From assembly GCA_030688365.1 (NCBI GenBank), contig JAUYIE010000003.1, positions 30,417-94,416 on the forward strand: 64,000 nucleotides of DNA. The letters are read 5' to 3'. How positions within the stretch are numbered: the first letter of the stretch is position 1; every line of letters begins with the position of its first letter. Below the pieces are notes generated by a model. It saw only the letters and a list, made by a program, of their open reading frames with translations, did not search any database and was not told where the DNA came from. The DNA comes from a bacterium. GTDB lineage: Bacteria; Patescibacteriota; Patescibacteriia; JACQRZ01. Of this stretch, positions 1 to 8,577 are shown one piece after another. The translations under genes and the position numbers were made by a program.

Positions 1-511
1 CAAGATAATTCTTTTTTGGATAATATTGCCCAAACATATACCCCTCTTCAACCTTGCTATGTTCAATAATATTGGTAACTAATTCGGAAATAGGATAGTA
101 CACTGCACTGCTAGCCTTGGACGTTCCCAGTACTTTTAATACCATATTTGAAAACAATGTCTCAAGACGGTCTCTCCCCGCCCCGGCACTCTTTTTTAAT
201 ATGCTGATAGGTACATACGTTTTATTACTTTGGCTCAAAGCCTCAAATCCTGATACGGAATCCACACCAGCAGGAAAATGTATACAATCAAAATATGACT
301 GCAATTTTGAAGAACTCCCAAAAACGTCACCACCTACCGATTTAAGGTATGCCACTAAGGGCAAAACAAAAAGCGGAGAGGCAAAGCTAACGCTCGACAA
401 ATCAAAGCATACCTTTTCACCATCCTTAATATCCTTGAAAGCTAAGTACAGTGGTCGCAATATATCGACCAATGAAGTTGTAACAAATTCAGGAACTTTT
501 ACCGTTTTCAT
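1..511 (-). CDS. Partial CDS, not in the ORF track because it runs off the window start. The N-terminal 170+ aa lie in the window and the C-terminus is beyond position 1. Hypothetical protein with a GHKL/anti-sigma-kinase-like N-box (ELVTNIIEHS) and an upstream STAS-like stretch (CFDLSSVSFASPLFVLPLVAYL). An alternative ATG sits at 620.
   Basis: I reverse-complemented and translated by hand. The minus-strand frame is open from about 620 to position 1 and reads MKTVKVPEFVTTSLVDILRPLYLAFKDIKDGEKVCFDLSSVSF...YYPISELVTNIIEHSKVEEGYMFGQYYPKKNYL. It is co-oriented with, and immediately downstream of, the RT and Zn-ribbon genes. Confidence 0.4.
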   Translation of the reverse strand, partial: MKTVKVPEFVTTSLVDILRPLYLAFKDIKDGEKVCFDLSSVSFASPLFVLPLVAYLKSVGGDVFGSSSKLQSYFDCIHFPAGVDSVSGFEALSQSNKTYVPISILKKSAGAGRDRLETLFSNMVLKVLGTSKASSAVYYPISELVTNIIEHSKVEEGYMFGQYYPKKNYL

Positions 512-660
512 ATACATACAGCTTATCAACGGCAAGAAACAAAAGCAAACAAAAAACCACTCATATAGAATGATTTCCTGTGGTGCTTTCGTCAGGAGAG
601 GTGGTGAACGCGTAAGCATTAACGACCAATCCAAAAAAAATTAACGTTATCCAATAAATT

Positions 661-1044
661 TTAATACTTCAGACCACAACATATTCTACACAAGGGTTGA
701 CTACTATAGTCTCGCGGATATGCCCTATAATATAGGCATACCGCCCTCCTATCACATTTGTTACAGATAAGGTAAGGTACATATCCTTTCTTCAAGTTAG
801 ACGGCACAAAATCCATCCTTTGCTCATACCAGTCCCGGAATCCATTATGGATAGCACCTAAAGATTTGAATTGATACCATACTCCAGCCTCAAACAATGC
901 TTTGATTCGTAACATTTCCCCAACACGATCAAATATAACATTTTCCTGCTCTATTTCAGCAAGATCCGATAAACAGGCATTAAGATAATCACCTGCCCTA
1001 ATGCTAGACCAATCTTTGATACTTCTATTGTTTGAGGTACGCAT
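661..1044 (-). CDS. Small Cys-rich protein with a putative C-terminal zinc ribbon (CNKCDRR...C...CRICC). Third gene of the HTH-RT operon.
   Basis: 127 aa ORF, 47 nt downstream of the RT stop on the same strand. It has a C-x2-C ... C-x2-C-C cysteine cluster and no recognisable family. Confidence 0.4.
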   Translation of the reverse strand: MRTSNNRSIKDWSSIRAGDYLNACLSDLAEIEQENVIFDRVGEMLRIKALFEAGVWYQFKSLGAIHNGFRDWYEQRMDFVPSNLKKGYVPYLICNKCDRRAVCLYYRAYPRDYSSQPLCRICCGLKY

Positions 1045-1091
1045 AATCTCTAGGAATCTCTAAGGATATAAGACTGAAGAGGGTATAGAAA

Positions 1092-2081
1092 TTAGGTAGT
1101 GGTATCGCTATTTATTTTTCCTATCTGTCGACCATACGCCCCATAAGATCGCAACTGATCATGTGGTTTCTTTTTATGATGACCTTTGGGTGAGACTTTC
1201 AAAGCTTTAATTATACCTGCCCTTTTTTTGATTGTTTTTCTCCCAAAAGATAGTGATTTACGATTCAGTTTCACGCCTAAGTGTTCTATACCCTCGCTAT
1301 AAGTCAAAATTTTGGTCTTTTCCATGTGTATTGGAAGAGGTTGATTGAGATCAAATGTCGCGAACAGGGCAATGATCTCATCTCTCAGGTGTTCCATAAG
1401 TTCATATGGAACCCGGCTCGCGGTAATCCCTATGTCATCTACAAACATAGCAACACGAGGATCATACCCCTTAAGCCTTCTCTGAACAAGCCAATTCATT
1501 CGCAAAAATACATCTAGATTACACCACACTGCCAACCTTGCAGAGGTAGCAAAACCTCGAGCCAAAACCTTGTTATCAGACAGTGACCCTTTGGCTCCCA
1601 CAGGAACACAACAAAAGTGTGCTAATAGATGAGCTAGCCTTTCCCCACACCCTGCCTTTGTATGAAAAAAGGTCTCTACTCTGGCGAGACCCACCTGGTC
1701 GTAAAAACGACGTATATCAAGAGCTAGGAGAGTTCGTTGACGTTTATACCCCAAAAGATATTGTGCTGCTACCAAATGACTTTTACCAGATACACCTCCA
1801 AAAATAAAAGGAGGGAGGCGTACATCGTGGGGTGAGAGTAATTTTTTATCCAAGAGGTATAGTAATTCTCCCAAAGGTTTACCCTTGGCACTGCGTACAA
1901 ATTTTCCTTCCTCTGCCTCAGAGGCGGTTGTATCGTGCCAATAGGTATCAAAATTATCCTTCACGTCATCTATAAAAGCCATTCGCTCATCAAAACTGTG
2001 CGACCTATCAGATAACCTCTTTGCAAGCTCATTCTTGCTTTGAAGAGCAATATTTGGATAACGAGACCTAGTGCTGGACAT
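1092..2081 (-). CDS. Stand-alone reverse transcriptase, 329 aa. It has an RT domain only, with no maturase, endonuclease or RNase H extension. Class undetermined; retron, Abi, DRT or DGR-like are all possible.
   Basis: RT motifs appear in canonical order. Motif 1-2 region: PPFIFGGVSGKSHLVAAQYLLG. Motif A: LLALDIRRFYDQV, with the catalytic Asp in an hDhxxFYDxV context. Degenerate motif B': CVPVGAKGSLSDNKVLARGFA. Motif C: AMFVDDIGI (YxDD-type FVDD). Motifs D/E: LPIHMEKTKILTYSEGIEHLGVKL (EKTKI plus G-x-x-FLG-like). Confidence 0.75.
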   Translation of the reverse strand: MSSTRSRYPNIALQSKNELAKRLSDRSHSFDERMAFIDDVKDNFDTYWHDTTASEAEEGKFVRSAKGKPLGELLYLLDKKLLSPHDVRLPPFIFGGVSGKSHLVAAQYLLGYKRQRTLLALDIRRFYDQVGLARVETFFHTKAGCGERLAHLLAHFCCVPVGAKGSLSDNKVLARGFATSARLAVWCNLDVFLRMNWLVQRRLKGYDPRVAMFVDDIGITASRVPYELMEHLRDEIIALFATFDLNQPLPIHMEKTKILTYSEGIEHLGVKLNRKSLSFGRKTIKKRAGIIKALKVSPKGHHKKKPHDQLRSYGAYGRQIGKINSDTTT

Positions 2082-2400
2082 ATTTTCGCAAATTCTTTGC
2101 CTTGTTCTTCACAAGGTTGTCTTGGAGCTTTTCACCAATTGCAATAAGGCTCAGATCTAATTTAGAAAAGTTCCTTTTATCGTGGTTCTCATCAATAAAA
2201 AGAAAAGGCGTCACAGAATTTGGTCTCACGCCTAATCGTTCAGCAAGACGTAAAATAAAATTCTTTGATACATCCTTTTGCCCTGTTTCGATCATTGAAA
2301 CCAAAATAGTTGATACTCCCAGAACCGATGCAAATTCTTCTTGGGTAATATCTGCGGATTCACGTATCTTCTTAAGTAAGACGGGAAATGTGTACATCAA
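2068..2400 (-). CDS. XRE-family helix-turn-helix transcriptional regulator. Its 3' end overlaps the RT start by 14 nt.
   Basis: 110 aa with a classic XRE HTH (ITQEEFASVLGVSTILVSMIETGQKDVSKNFILRLAERLGV). It is the first gene of a minus-strand operon and overlaps the RT start codon. Confidence 0.7.
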   Translation of the reverse strand: MMYTFPVLLKKIRESADITQEEFASVLGVSTILVSMIETGQKDVSKNFILRLAERLGVRPNSVTPFLFIDENHDKRNFSKLDLSLIAIGEKLQDNLVKNKAKNLRKYVQH

Positions 2401-2698
2401 TTTATATGATTAAAGGGTAGCTACCAGAGTCGATCCAAAATAATGCAAATTATCTGTAGGATAATAAGCACTAGTTTTTTGATCATAGATAACTACCCTC
2501 ATATACGCATACGGAAGACACCCATAATGATAACTAGGATTGGTGAGTTGAGCCATAGAAATATAGTTAGGGTAAAACAATGGACTTAGTTCGACTTTCG
2601 CTATTATGGGACTACGCCTTTCCCTTTGCGGTTAATGGTTTCCAAAAGGTCTTCCGTGAATTCAACCCAATAACCGCAAAGGTAGTCAGGTAATCACT

Positions 2699-2775
2699 AA
2701 CAGCATACTGTATACAGTTAACTATTAGCACTAATAAATGCCTATAGCTTACTGCGTAGTGTATACAGCTAACGC
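2699..2775. promoter_or_regulatory. Pair of palindromic operator-like sites upstream of the HTH-RT operon. One is a perfect 12 bp palindrome ACTGTATACAGT followed by GTTAAC. A second TGTATACA core in GTGTATACAGCTAAC lies about 45 bp away.
   Basis: Read directly: catACTGTATACAGTtaac at about 2705-2722 and gtaGTGTATACAGctaac at about 2757-2773. These are short palindromes in the roughly 600 bp intergenic region, which is upstream of the XRE gene on the minus strand. Confidence 0.35.
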
Positions 2776-3016
2776 CAATACACCACAGTGGCCGGAATCT
2801 AAACCTTCTATTTCTAGAAGGGTGAGACAAGCAGATGCTCGTCAAATAATGGATAACATTTACTGCCGCAATATCTCATGGGATTTTGAAATGAACTCTT
2901 GAAACGTATTATACGTTTTGTATAAGTTTTCGTCAAGACACAGATATCCACAGCTGATGCGATCTCACATCCACCGACTTATAGACTGGCATTTTACAAA
3001 TAGCTATCCATACGAT

Positions 3017-3271
3017 TTACCTCTCATTACTATCTGTTGCGTCCTTACCACAATGCTCAAGCAAGGCACCAATCATCATACCAAACCCAGAGAATATAAG
3101 CACAAGTAAAAACGAGGCTGATAACTCATATGCAATAAACCACATAATACCAAAAAGCATAATCGGGAGAGTGAGATTTTCAGGTATCGGTTTTTTACCT
3201 TTTCTCTTCAGGTATGCATTAATAATAAAAATACTCAGTAAAGCAGGTGTGAGTAGAATAACTATTCCCAT
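3017..3271 (-). CDS. Small hydrophobic membrane protein, 84 aa with about 2 TM segments. Hypothetical.
   Basis: ORF with two hydrophobic stretches. Its stop lies about 14 nt from the start of the upstream gene. Confidence 0.35.
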   Translation of the reverse strand: MGIVILLTPALLSIFIINAYLKRKGKKPIPENLTLPIMLFGIMWFIAYELSASFLLVLIFSGFGMMIGALLEHCGKDATDSNER

Positions 3272-3284
3272 ATAATAAAATTGA

Positions 3285-3722
3285 CTACGGGGTAGACTTT
3301 TTTAGATCCGCTTTTACGGCTTTAAGTTCCTGCTCCTTTTCGAGGAAACCCTCTTTTATATTATAATCCGAGAATAAAATTTCATTTGTATAGTAATCCT
3401 TTAGAGTAATATCAAACGACAACTCATCACCTATTGATGTTTGAGTGAGTATGTAAACAATGCAACTTTGTCTTTTGGGGCTATAAAAGACTTCATTAAC
3501 AAATGAACGTCTTACTGTACTATTGCTGTCGTCCTTGTCTAGCTGTTTCTCTAAAATAGGCTTTATAGCTCCACATTCTTTAATTTTAGCCACAATCTCT
3601 TTTTCTCTATATAATCGTGGTTGGACAACAAGAAAATAATAAGCCGTGCATCCGGTAGCAAAGAGAAAGACGCAGAGAAATAAAAGTCTGAACCAATTAT
3701 ATCTCAAAAAATCCACAACCAT
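3285..3722 (-). CDS. Membrane-anchored hypothetical protein, 145 aa with an N-terminal TM helix.
   Basis: N-terminal hydrophobic segment LLFLCVFLFATGCTAYYFLVV. It sits 15 nt downstream of the secreted repeat protein gene on the same strand. Confidence 0.4.
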   Translation of the reverse strand: MVVDFLRYNWFRLLFLCVFLFATGCTAYYFLVVQPRLYREKEIVAKIKECGAIKPILEKQLDKDDSNSTVRRSFVNEVFYSPKRQSCIVYILTQTSIGDELSFDITLKDYYTNEILFSDYNIKEGFLEKEQELKAVKADLKKSTP

Positions 3723-3736
3723 AGATATTGTTATCC

Positions 3737-5293
3737 TTAATTACTTTTTGTAGCACATCTCACAACTAAATCGGGGCTCTCACTCTTTGCCGGTAATCCT
3801 AATGGAAAAATCACTGTATCATTTTGGTTGCTAGTAGCGAGCTTTATATCAATAATTGACAAACCCAGAGTATCCCCTATTTTCATCCCAGTAGGATCAA
3901 ACTTCACATTTAAATTAAATGGCCATGTCAGGCCGTTTTGACTTGGGACGGTAAATAATAATGTATCTCCATCGACCGACTGTTTATTGAACAAAATTCC
4001 CGGTATATTACCAGATATACCAGATGGTGACGTTGATATACTTAGATCAATGTCCGCAAGGTTGGCAGTACCCGCTTTTTTTAGAGTAACCGATTGCAAA
4101 GATAAACCAGTGAGTTGTTCATTATTCCCTACATTTAGCCGTAGTGTTGAAAATACAGCTTGGTTTGGCCAGACTTCATCCACAGCACCTGAAATGCCAC
4201 CATTAGGAGACGAGGTGTCTGTTAAGTTTAGCCCACAATGATTGTTTGCAGTTCCATAATTCCATGCATCATTGGTATCAAAGTGTGGAACTATTTTCCA
4301 CGTATGATTGATAGAGACAGAAAGTTGTTTAACGGTAGTATTCCAGTCTTTATCTGCACAAATGAGATAATAGATAAAATTTGGTATCTTTTCGTATCCA
4401 GTTTCTTGTAAAGCAAAGCTAGTACTACCATTAGGAAGTCTCCCAACGAAAGGAATTGAGATATCTTGAGTCTCAGTAGTGGCACACGTAATAGCATTCT
4501 TGGTCTCCCAGTTTAAGGTTAGAACGTCTCCTATACTAGCCGTCGCCTTGTCGGCTTCGAAACGAGTGATTTCAGGTTTTGTAGGTTGAGGGGGTAGCAC
4601 CACCTGTACTGGTGTTGGTTGAACAATTGGGGGAATCTGGGCTATAGGATCTGTGACAGGTCTTTTTGATGATGGAGGTATATTAACCGTCGTTGTTTCT
4701 TTTTGAGAAATAGATGCATCGTCTGTCAAATCTTTTGCAAAAAGGATTGGGGTGACCGATACAACGTCATTACTATCCACTTGAGGAGTTGATGATATTG
4801 CCCGGGGTTGTAAACCGTCAGATGACTTGACTATTTTATTAAGGTCAATATTTGATATACCCAAACCCATTCCTTTCATGATATTAAAAGCATCCTGAGG
4901 ACGTCCCAAAAAGTAAGCATATCCTGTTTTTGGTTCTACATAATACGCTTCGCCGGCTCTTTCTACTCGCAGAATAATTTTCCCAAGTAAACTATTACCT
5001 TTATTGCTTCGCATCATCCTAAAATCATTCTGATCTGGTGTAAACATAGATAAAATATCCTTTTCACTTATCCCAGTCCCTTGCTTGCGCATTACCTCAA
5101 ATGCGTCCGCTGGACGACCAAGGTAGTATCTTTGTTTATTTGTCGGGTTCACATACCAGGCTTCACCTTTTGACTCTACTTGGATCAAAATTTTACCGAT
5201 AACACTGGTAATATTTTCTGTATTTGAAATTGCAAAAACACTATACGGAAATATCAGTAAAAGACCAAGTAATATTGAAAACAAGTATTTCAT
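3737..5293 (-). CDS. Secreted protein of 518 aa with a signal peptide, two tandem repeats of about 50 aa at the N-terminus, and a C-terminal beta-rich domain. Hypothetical.
   Basis: Signal peptide MKYLFSILLGLLLIFPYSVFA. Internal repeats GKILIQVESKGEAWYVNPTNKQRYYLGRPADAFEVMRKQGTGISEKDI and GKIILRVERAGEAYYVEPKTGYAYFLGRPQDAFNIMKGMGLGISNIDL. It is followed by a Pro/Thr/Gln-rich linker. Confidence 0.6.
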   Translation of the reverse strand: MKYLFSILLGLLLIFPYSVFAISNTENITSVIGKILIQVESKGEAWYVNPTNKQRYYLGRPADAFEVMRKQGTGISEKDILSMFTPDQNDFRMMRSNKGNSLLGKIILRVERAGEAYYVEPKTGYAYFLGRPQDAFNIMKGMGLGISNIDLNKIVKSSDGLQPRAISSTPQVDSNDVVSVTPILFAKDLTDDASISQKETTTVNIPPSSKRPVTDPIAQIPPIVQPTPVQVVLPPQPTKPEITRFEADKATASIGDVLTLNWETKNAITCATTETQDISIPFVGRLPNGSTSFALQETGYEKIPNFIYYLICADKDWNTTVKQLSVSINHTWKIVPHFDTNDAWNYGTANNHCGLNLTDTSSPNGGISGAVDEVWPNQAVFSTLRLNVGNNEQLTGLSLQSVTLKKAGTANLADIDLSISTSPSGISGNIPGILFNKQSVDGDTLLFTVPSQNGLTWPFNLNVKFDPTGMKIGDTLGLSIIDIKLATSNQNDTVIFPLGLPAKSESPDLVVRCATKSN

Positions 5294-5614
5294 ACAATTT
5301 CCTAAATATTTAAAAGACTAAACAAAAAGCCCACCGCATGAGGTGATGACTTACGTCATCCATTGACCTTTCGATCAACGACCAGCAAAGGTAGCCCCCA
5401 TAACGATGGGTTCTCTATCTTTGCTGGCTTTGATGCCATGCCCGTTCTTTACAGAACCAGGTTTAGGCAATGATTCAATTGTACCTATACACTAGCAAAT
5501 TAACGGAAAAACATAAAGACCTACAGGAAAATGCTTATGCCCGCCACAACGTCTTTATATAATTCATGATAGGGGCTATTATCAATAATACTAAATGAAT
5601 ATGCCTAATGTTTT

Positions 5615-6337
5615 ATGAAAAAAGAACAAGTTGTAATAGAAAATTTCTACCGCTTTTCACATTTACTAGCAATCTTGGAAGGTAAAGATTGTACCAATGA
5701 CGCATTTCTTTATCTAATTCACAAATATTACCCCCAAGACACAGAATCTTATAAATTACATTTTTGTTCACTTGCAAGTATTTTAAAAAGGGAGAAACCA
5801 AACGACGAAGAGTATAAAAATAAAGAAAAGTCTGCGATAGTTATGATGCGCAAGTGGCCAGCCACTAAAATGATTAAATTTGATAAAGATATTGAAAATT
5901 TCTTAGAAAAAATGGGATTTGGGACGGAATGGCGAATGCCGATTATAACAGCAGTACTTACGGGCTTCTTCTATCCTCCCTCTCAAAACTACTATTTAGA
6001 AACAAGAAAAAGAAAAAGAAAAAAACTCAGTCTAGAAATAAATCAATATACCTCTAAAAATGATATCGAGGACGCGTGGCAAGAAATAGAACTTACACAA
6101 AAAGAATTATGGCCGTCTTTTGATAAAAGAAATTTTACAAAAAAATCACTAGGTGACTTACTCTTTTTTGCCAAAGCAAATGCTATCAAAAAAAATCTTA
6201 TTGAGAAAAATACAGACGAAACACCAATAAATGATTTTGATGTCGTGTTGTACTTATTTCCTGAGGCAGATCCGGAAACAGATAAAAAATATGTCAATTG
6301 GGTAAGAAAAAATCGTTATAAATATAAGACATTCTAA
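5615..6337 (+). CDS. Hypothetical protein of 240 aa in an AT-rich cargo region.
   Basis: ORF with Lys-rich composition in a visibly AT-rich segment at about 5300-7200. No family recognised. Confidence 0.4.
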   Translation: MKKEQVVIENFYRFSHLLAILEGKDCTNDAFLYLIHKYYPQDTESYKLHFCSLASILKREKPNDEEYKNKEKSAIVMMRKWPATKMIKFDKDIENFLEKMGFGTEWRMPIITAVLTGFFYPPSQNYYLETRKRKRKKLSLEINQYTSKNDIEDAWQEIELTQKELWPSFDKRNFTKKSLGDLLFFAKANAIKKNLIEKNTDETPINDFDVVLYLFPEADPETDKKYVNWVRKNRYKYKTF

Positions 6338-6419
6338 TTTTCTTTCCAAAAGTTGGAATGTGCCCAAATTGGGATCTGTTAAGCTCGTACTCATACTACG
6401 AGTTTTTTAAATTAACAGA

Positions 6420-6665
6420 ATGCATATGCAAAATGAATCACTTCATATAACAAAAGACCGTTTTGAAATCTATGTACTTTTAGCCACACACTGTGAGGTA
6501 GCTAATTATAACGCAAACAACAAGGGTCAAATATATTTTCACTTTAAAAATAAGAAAAAGTGCGAACAAGCGTTAAATATGCTTCTTTCAAAAAAGTTGA
6601 AGCTTTATGCTCATGAAATGATCGGGGCGATTAGAGATGCACAGGCGATCTTCAGGGCAAATTAA
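6420..6665 (+). CDS. Small hypothetical protein of 81 aa; island cargo.
   Basis: ORF only. AT-rich context. Confidence 0.25.
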   Translation: MHMQNESLHITKDRFEIYVLLATHCEVANYNANNKGQIYFHFKNKKKCEQALNMLLSKKLKLYAHEMIGAIRDAQAIFRAN

Positions 6666-6919
6666 TCATTTACTCCTTTAAAATCGTGATTTGCTCCCAA
6701 TCTAGGAATAAATCAGGGTTTTAAACCTTCGTCTCACCACACCTTATCGTAGGAAATCGCGGACGTTAAAAAGCGGTTGAAACGATCCAATACGGACACC
6801 TACCGTGGAAAATCGCAGTACCTTAATTAAACAAAAGATAGGAAAACCTATCTGTAAACTATCCTTACCTCAGATCATAGATATGTTGGTATATACAGAT
6901 TTTTTACGAAGGAAACGGC

Positions 6920-7123
6920 TTGGGGAGGTGGTTAACCTTAACATGTTCAGAATGTATGAGAGATTCAAAAAACAGTAGATTCAAAAAGACGATATCGACC
7001 ACCTTAGAAGATTTTGATTTTATAGAAAAAGAACGCCACAAAAAATCTAAGGCTGGAAAACTTGAAGAGATAATAGCGTACTATAAAAAATACAACCTTA
7101 AACTCGATACTAATAAAAAATAA
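6920..7123 (+). CDS. Small hypothetical protein of 67 aa; island cargo.
   Basis: ORF only. Confidence 0.2.
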   Translation: MGRWLTLTCSECMRDSKNSRFKKTISTTLEDFDFIEKERHKKSKAGKLEEIIAYYKKYNLKLDTNKK

Positions 7124-7185
7124 TGTTAAGGTAACATTGCCCGGAGATACTGATCTCCCCAGTGTACCTTAACAATTAAACAACG

Positions 7186-7401
7186 ATGTCAGACTTACGT
7201 ACTACAATGACCTGCCCAGAATTACTCACTCCCAAGGAGGTTATGAGTGTTCTTCGCATCTCCCCAGCGACCTTTTATCGGATCATTGAACAGCGCCTCA
7301 TCCCCTTCTACAAAGTAGGCCGAGGTCTCCGGTTTGATAAAAGCGATATTGTGGGATACTTAGCCGGTCAACGTATTAAGTCGGCGTCTGAATGGAAATG
7401 A
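7186..7401 (+). CDS. Excisionase/AlpA-like DNA-binding protein (HTH_17/MerR-like Xis family).
   Basis: 71 aa. The motif LLTPKEVMSVLRISPATFYRII...IPFYKVGRGLRFDKSDIVGYL is typical of phage excisionase/AlpA regulators. Its 3' end overlaps the integrase ORF. Confidence 0.6.
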   Translation: MSDLRTTMTCPELLTPKEVMSVLRISPATFYRIIEQRLIPFYKVGRGLRFDKSDIVGYLAGQRIKSASEWK

Positions 7402-8543
7402 ATATGAGTGCACGTAAATTACATGGCTCATGGTGGGTTGATTTCCACTATGAAAGAAAACGACATCGCATCCGAAGCCCTGAAAACAGTAAGGTGGGGG
7501 CGACAGCATACGAGTCAATACTTCGACAACGTCTTGTCCGAGGCGAGCCTCTCATGTCAAAAAATCAACCTACCATACCAACCCTCAAAGAGTTCGCTCG
7601 ACAATGGTTTGAAACGTATGTCGTGACCAACAATAAGCCGTCTGAACAGCGAAATAAAAGAATACATCTTGCACGTCATTTATTGCCTTTTTTTGGAAAA
7701 CTCAGATTAGATGAAATTACTCGAGCGCATATTGAACAGTACAAAACGCACAAAATTGGCGAAGGACTGGCTCCCAAATCCGTAAACAACCATCTCGGAA
7801 TACTTAGCAAGTGCCTCCGATGTGCCGTTGAGTGGGAGGTAATAGACAAAACGCCACGCATGGGGACATTACGAGTCCCTCCGCCACCCTTTGACTTCTT
7901 GTCGCCTCGCGAAAGCCAAATGCTTCTTGAGGCCGCAACCGACTATCCGTGGGGTACTATGCTTCTCACTGCACTGCGAACAGGCATGAGGCTAGGAGAA
8001 CTGCTCGCGCTTGATTGGAACGATATAGATCTTGAACGGCGGATCATCGCCGTGCGACACTCACGAGTAGATGGAATCACAGGGAGTCCGAAAAATAACA
8101 AAGTGCGATATGTGCCGATATCATCGGAACTCCTTACCGCGTTCTACGCCATCCCGACTCGCACAGGGTATGTATTTGTCGCCTCGCACGGGAAAGCAGT
8201 GACAAAAAACATTGCCGCGTGGCACCTGAACAAATACTGCAAGCAAAGCAACCTCCGTCATATAGGATGGCATACGCTCCGTCATACCTTCGCATCACAG
8301 CTCGCCTCCTCCGGCGTTCCCTTGCGCATGGTTCAAGAATTTCTTGGACACTCAACACTTCAAATGACCGTGAGGTACGCGCACCTTGCGCCATCCTCAC
8401 TTGCCGACACAATCGACATACTTGATATGCTCCCAAATAGACAACCTGAAACATTTTGGGCACTATCTGGGCAACAAGGACAAAAAAATCTCGTTTTGCC
8501 TTCCGGCACGAGTGATAACCACAGTAGATATGCTGATATCTAA
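7392..8543 (+). mobile_element. int: Tyrosine site-specific integrase, P4-like with an N-terminal arm-binding region. It ends 35 bp from the 3' end of tRNA-Arg.
   Basis: C-terminal catalytic region HTLRHTFASQLASSGVPLRMVQEFLGHSTLQMTVRYAHL (R...HxxR...Y). Further upstream are LRTGMRLGELLALDWNDID (box I Arg) and an N-terminal SAM-like domain. It lies adjacent to a tRNA gene. Confidence 0.85.
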
Positions 8544-8577
8544 AACAAAAAACCATCCAATAAAGGATGATTTCCTG

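Noticed and set aside
117-644. 175 aa plus-strand ORF from the track
   Set aside because: It is antisense to a longer uninterrupted minus-strand reading frame that continues off the window start. Its composition looks like an antisense shadow, and it has no motif.
2401-3016. Retron msr/msd ncRNA
   Set aside because: Palindromes are present, but I could not identify flanking a1/a2 inverted repeats or a convincing long msd stem. It is reported as a hypothesis only.
1092-5293. Diversity-generating retroelement (RT plus target gene with TR/VR)
   Set aside because: I could not find a template/variable repeat pair by eye between the 2400-3017 spacer and the 3' ends of neighbouring genes. The RT lacks the obvious DGR-type motif and no Avd-like gene is visible. 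It is kept only as a possibility to test, not as a call.
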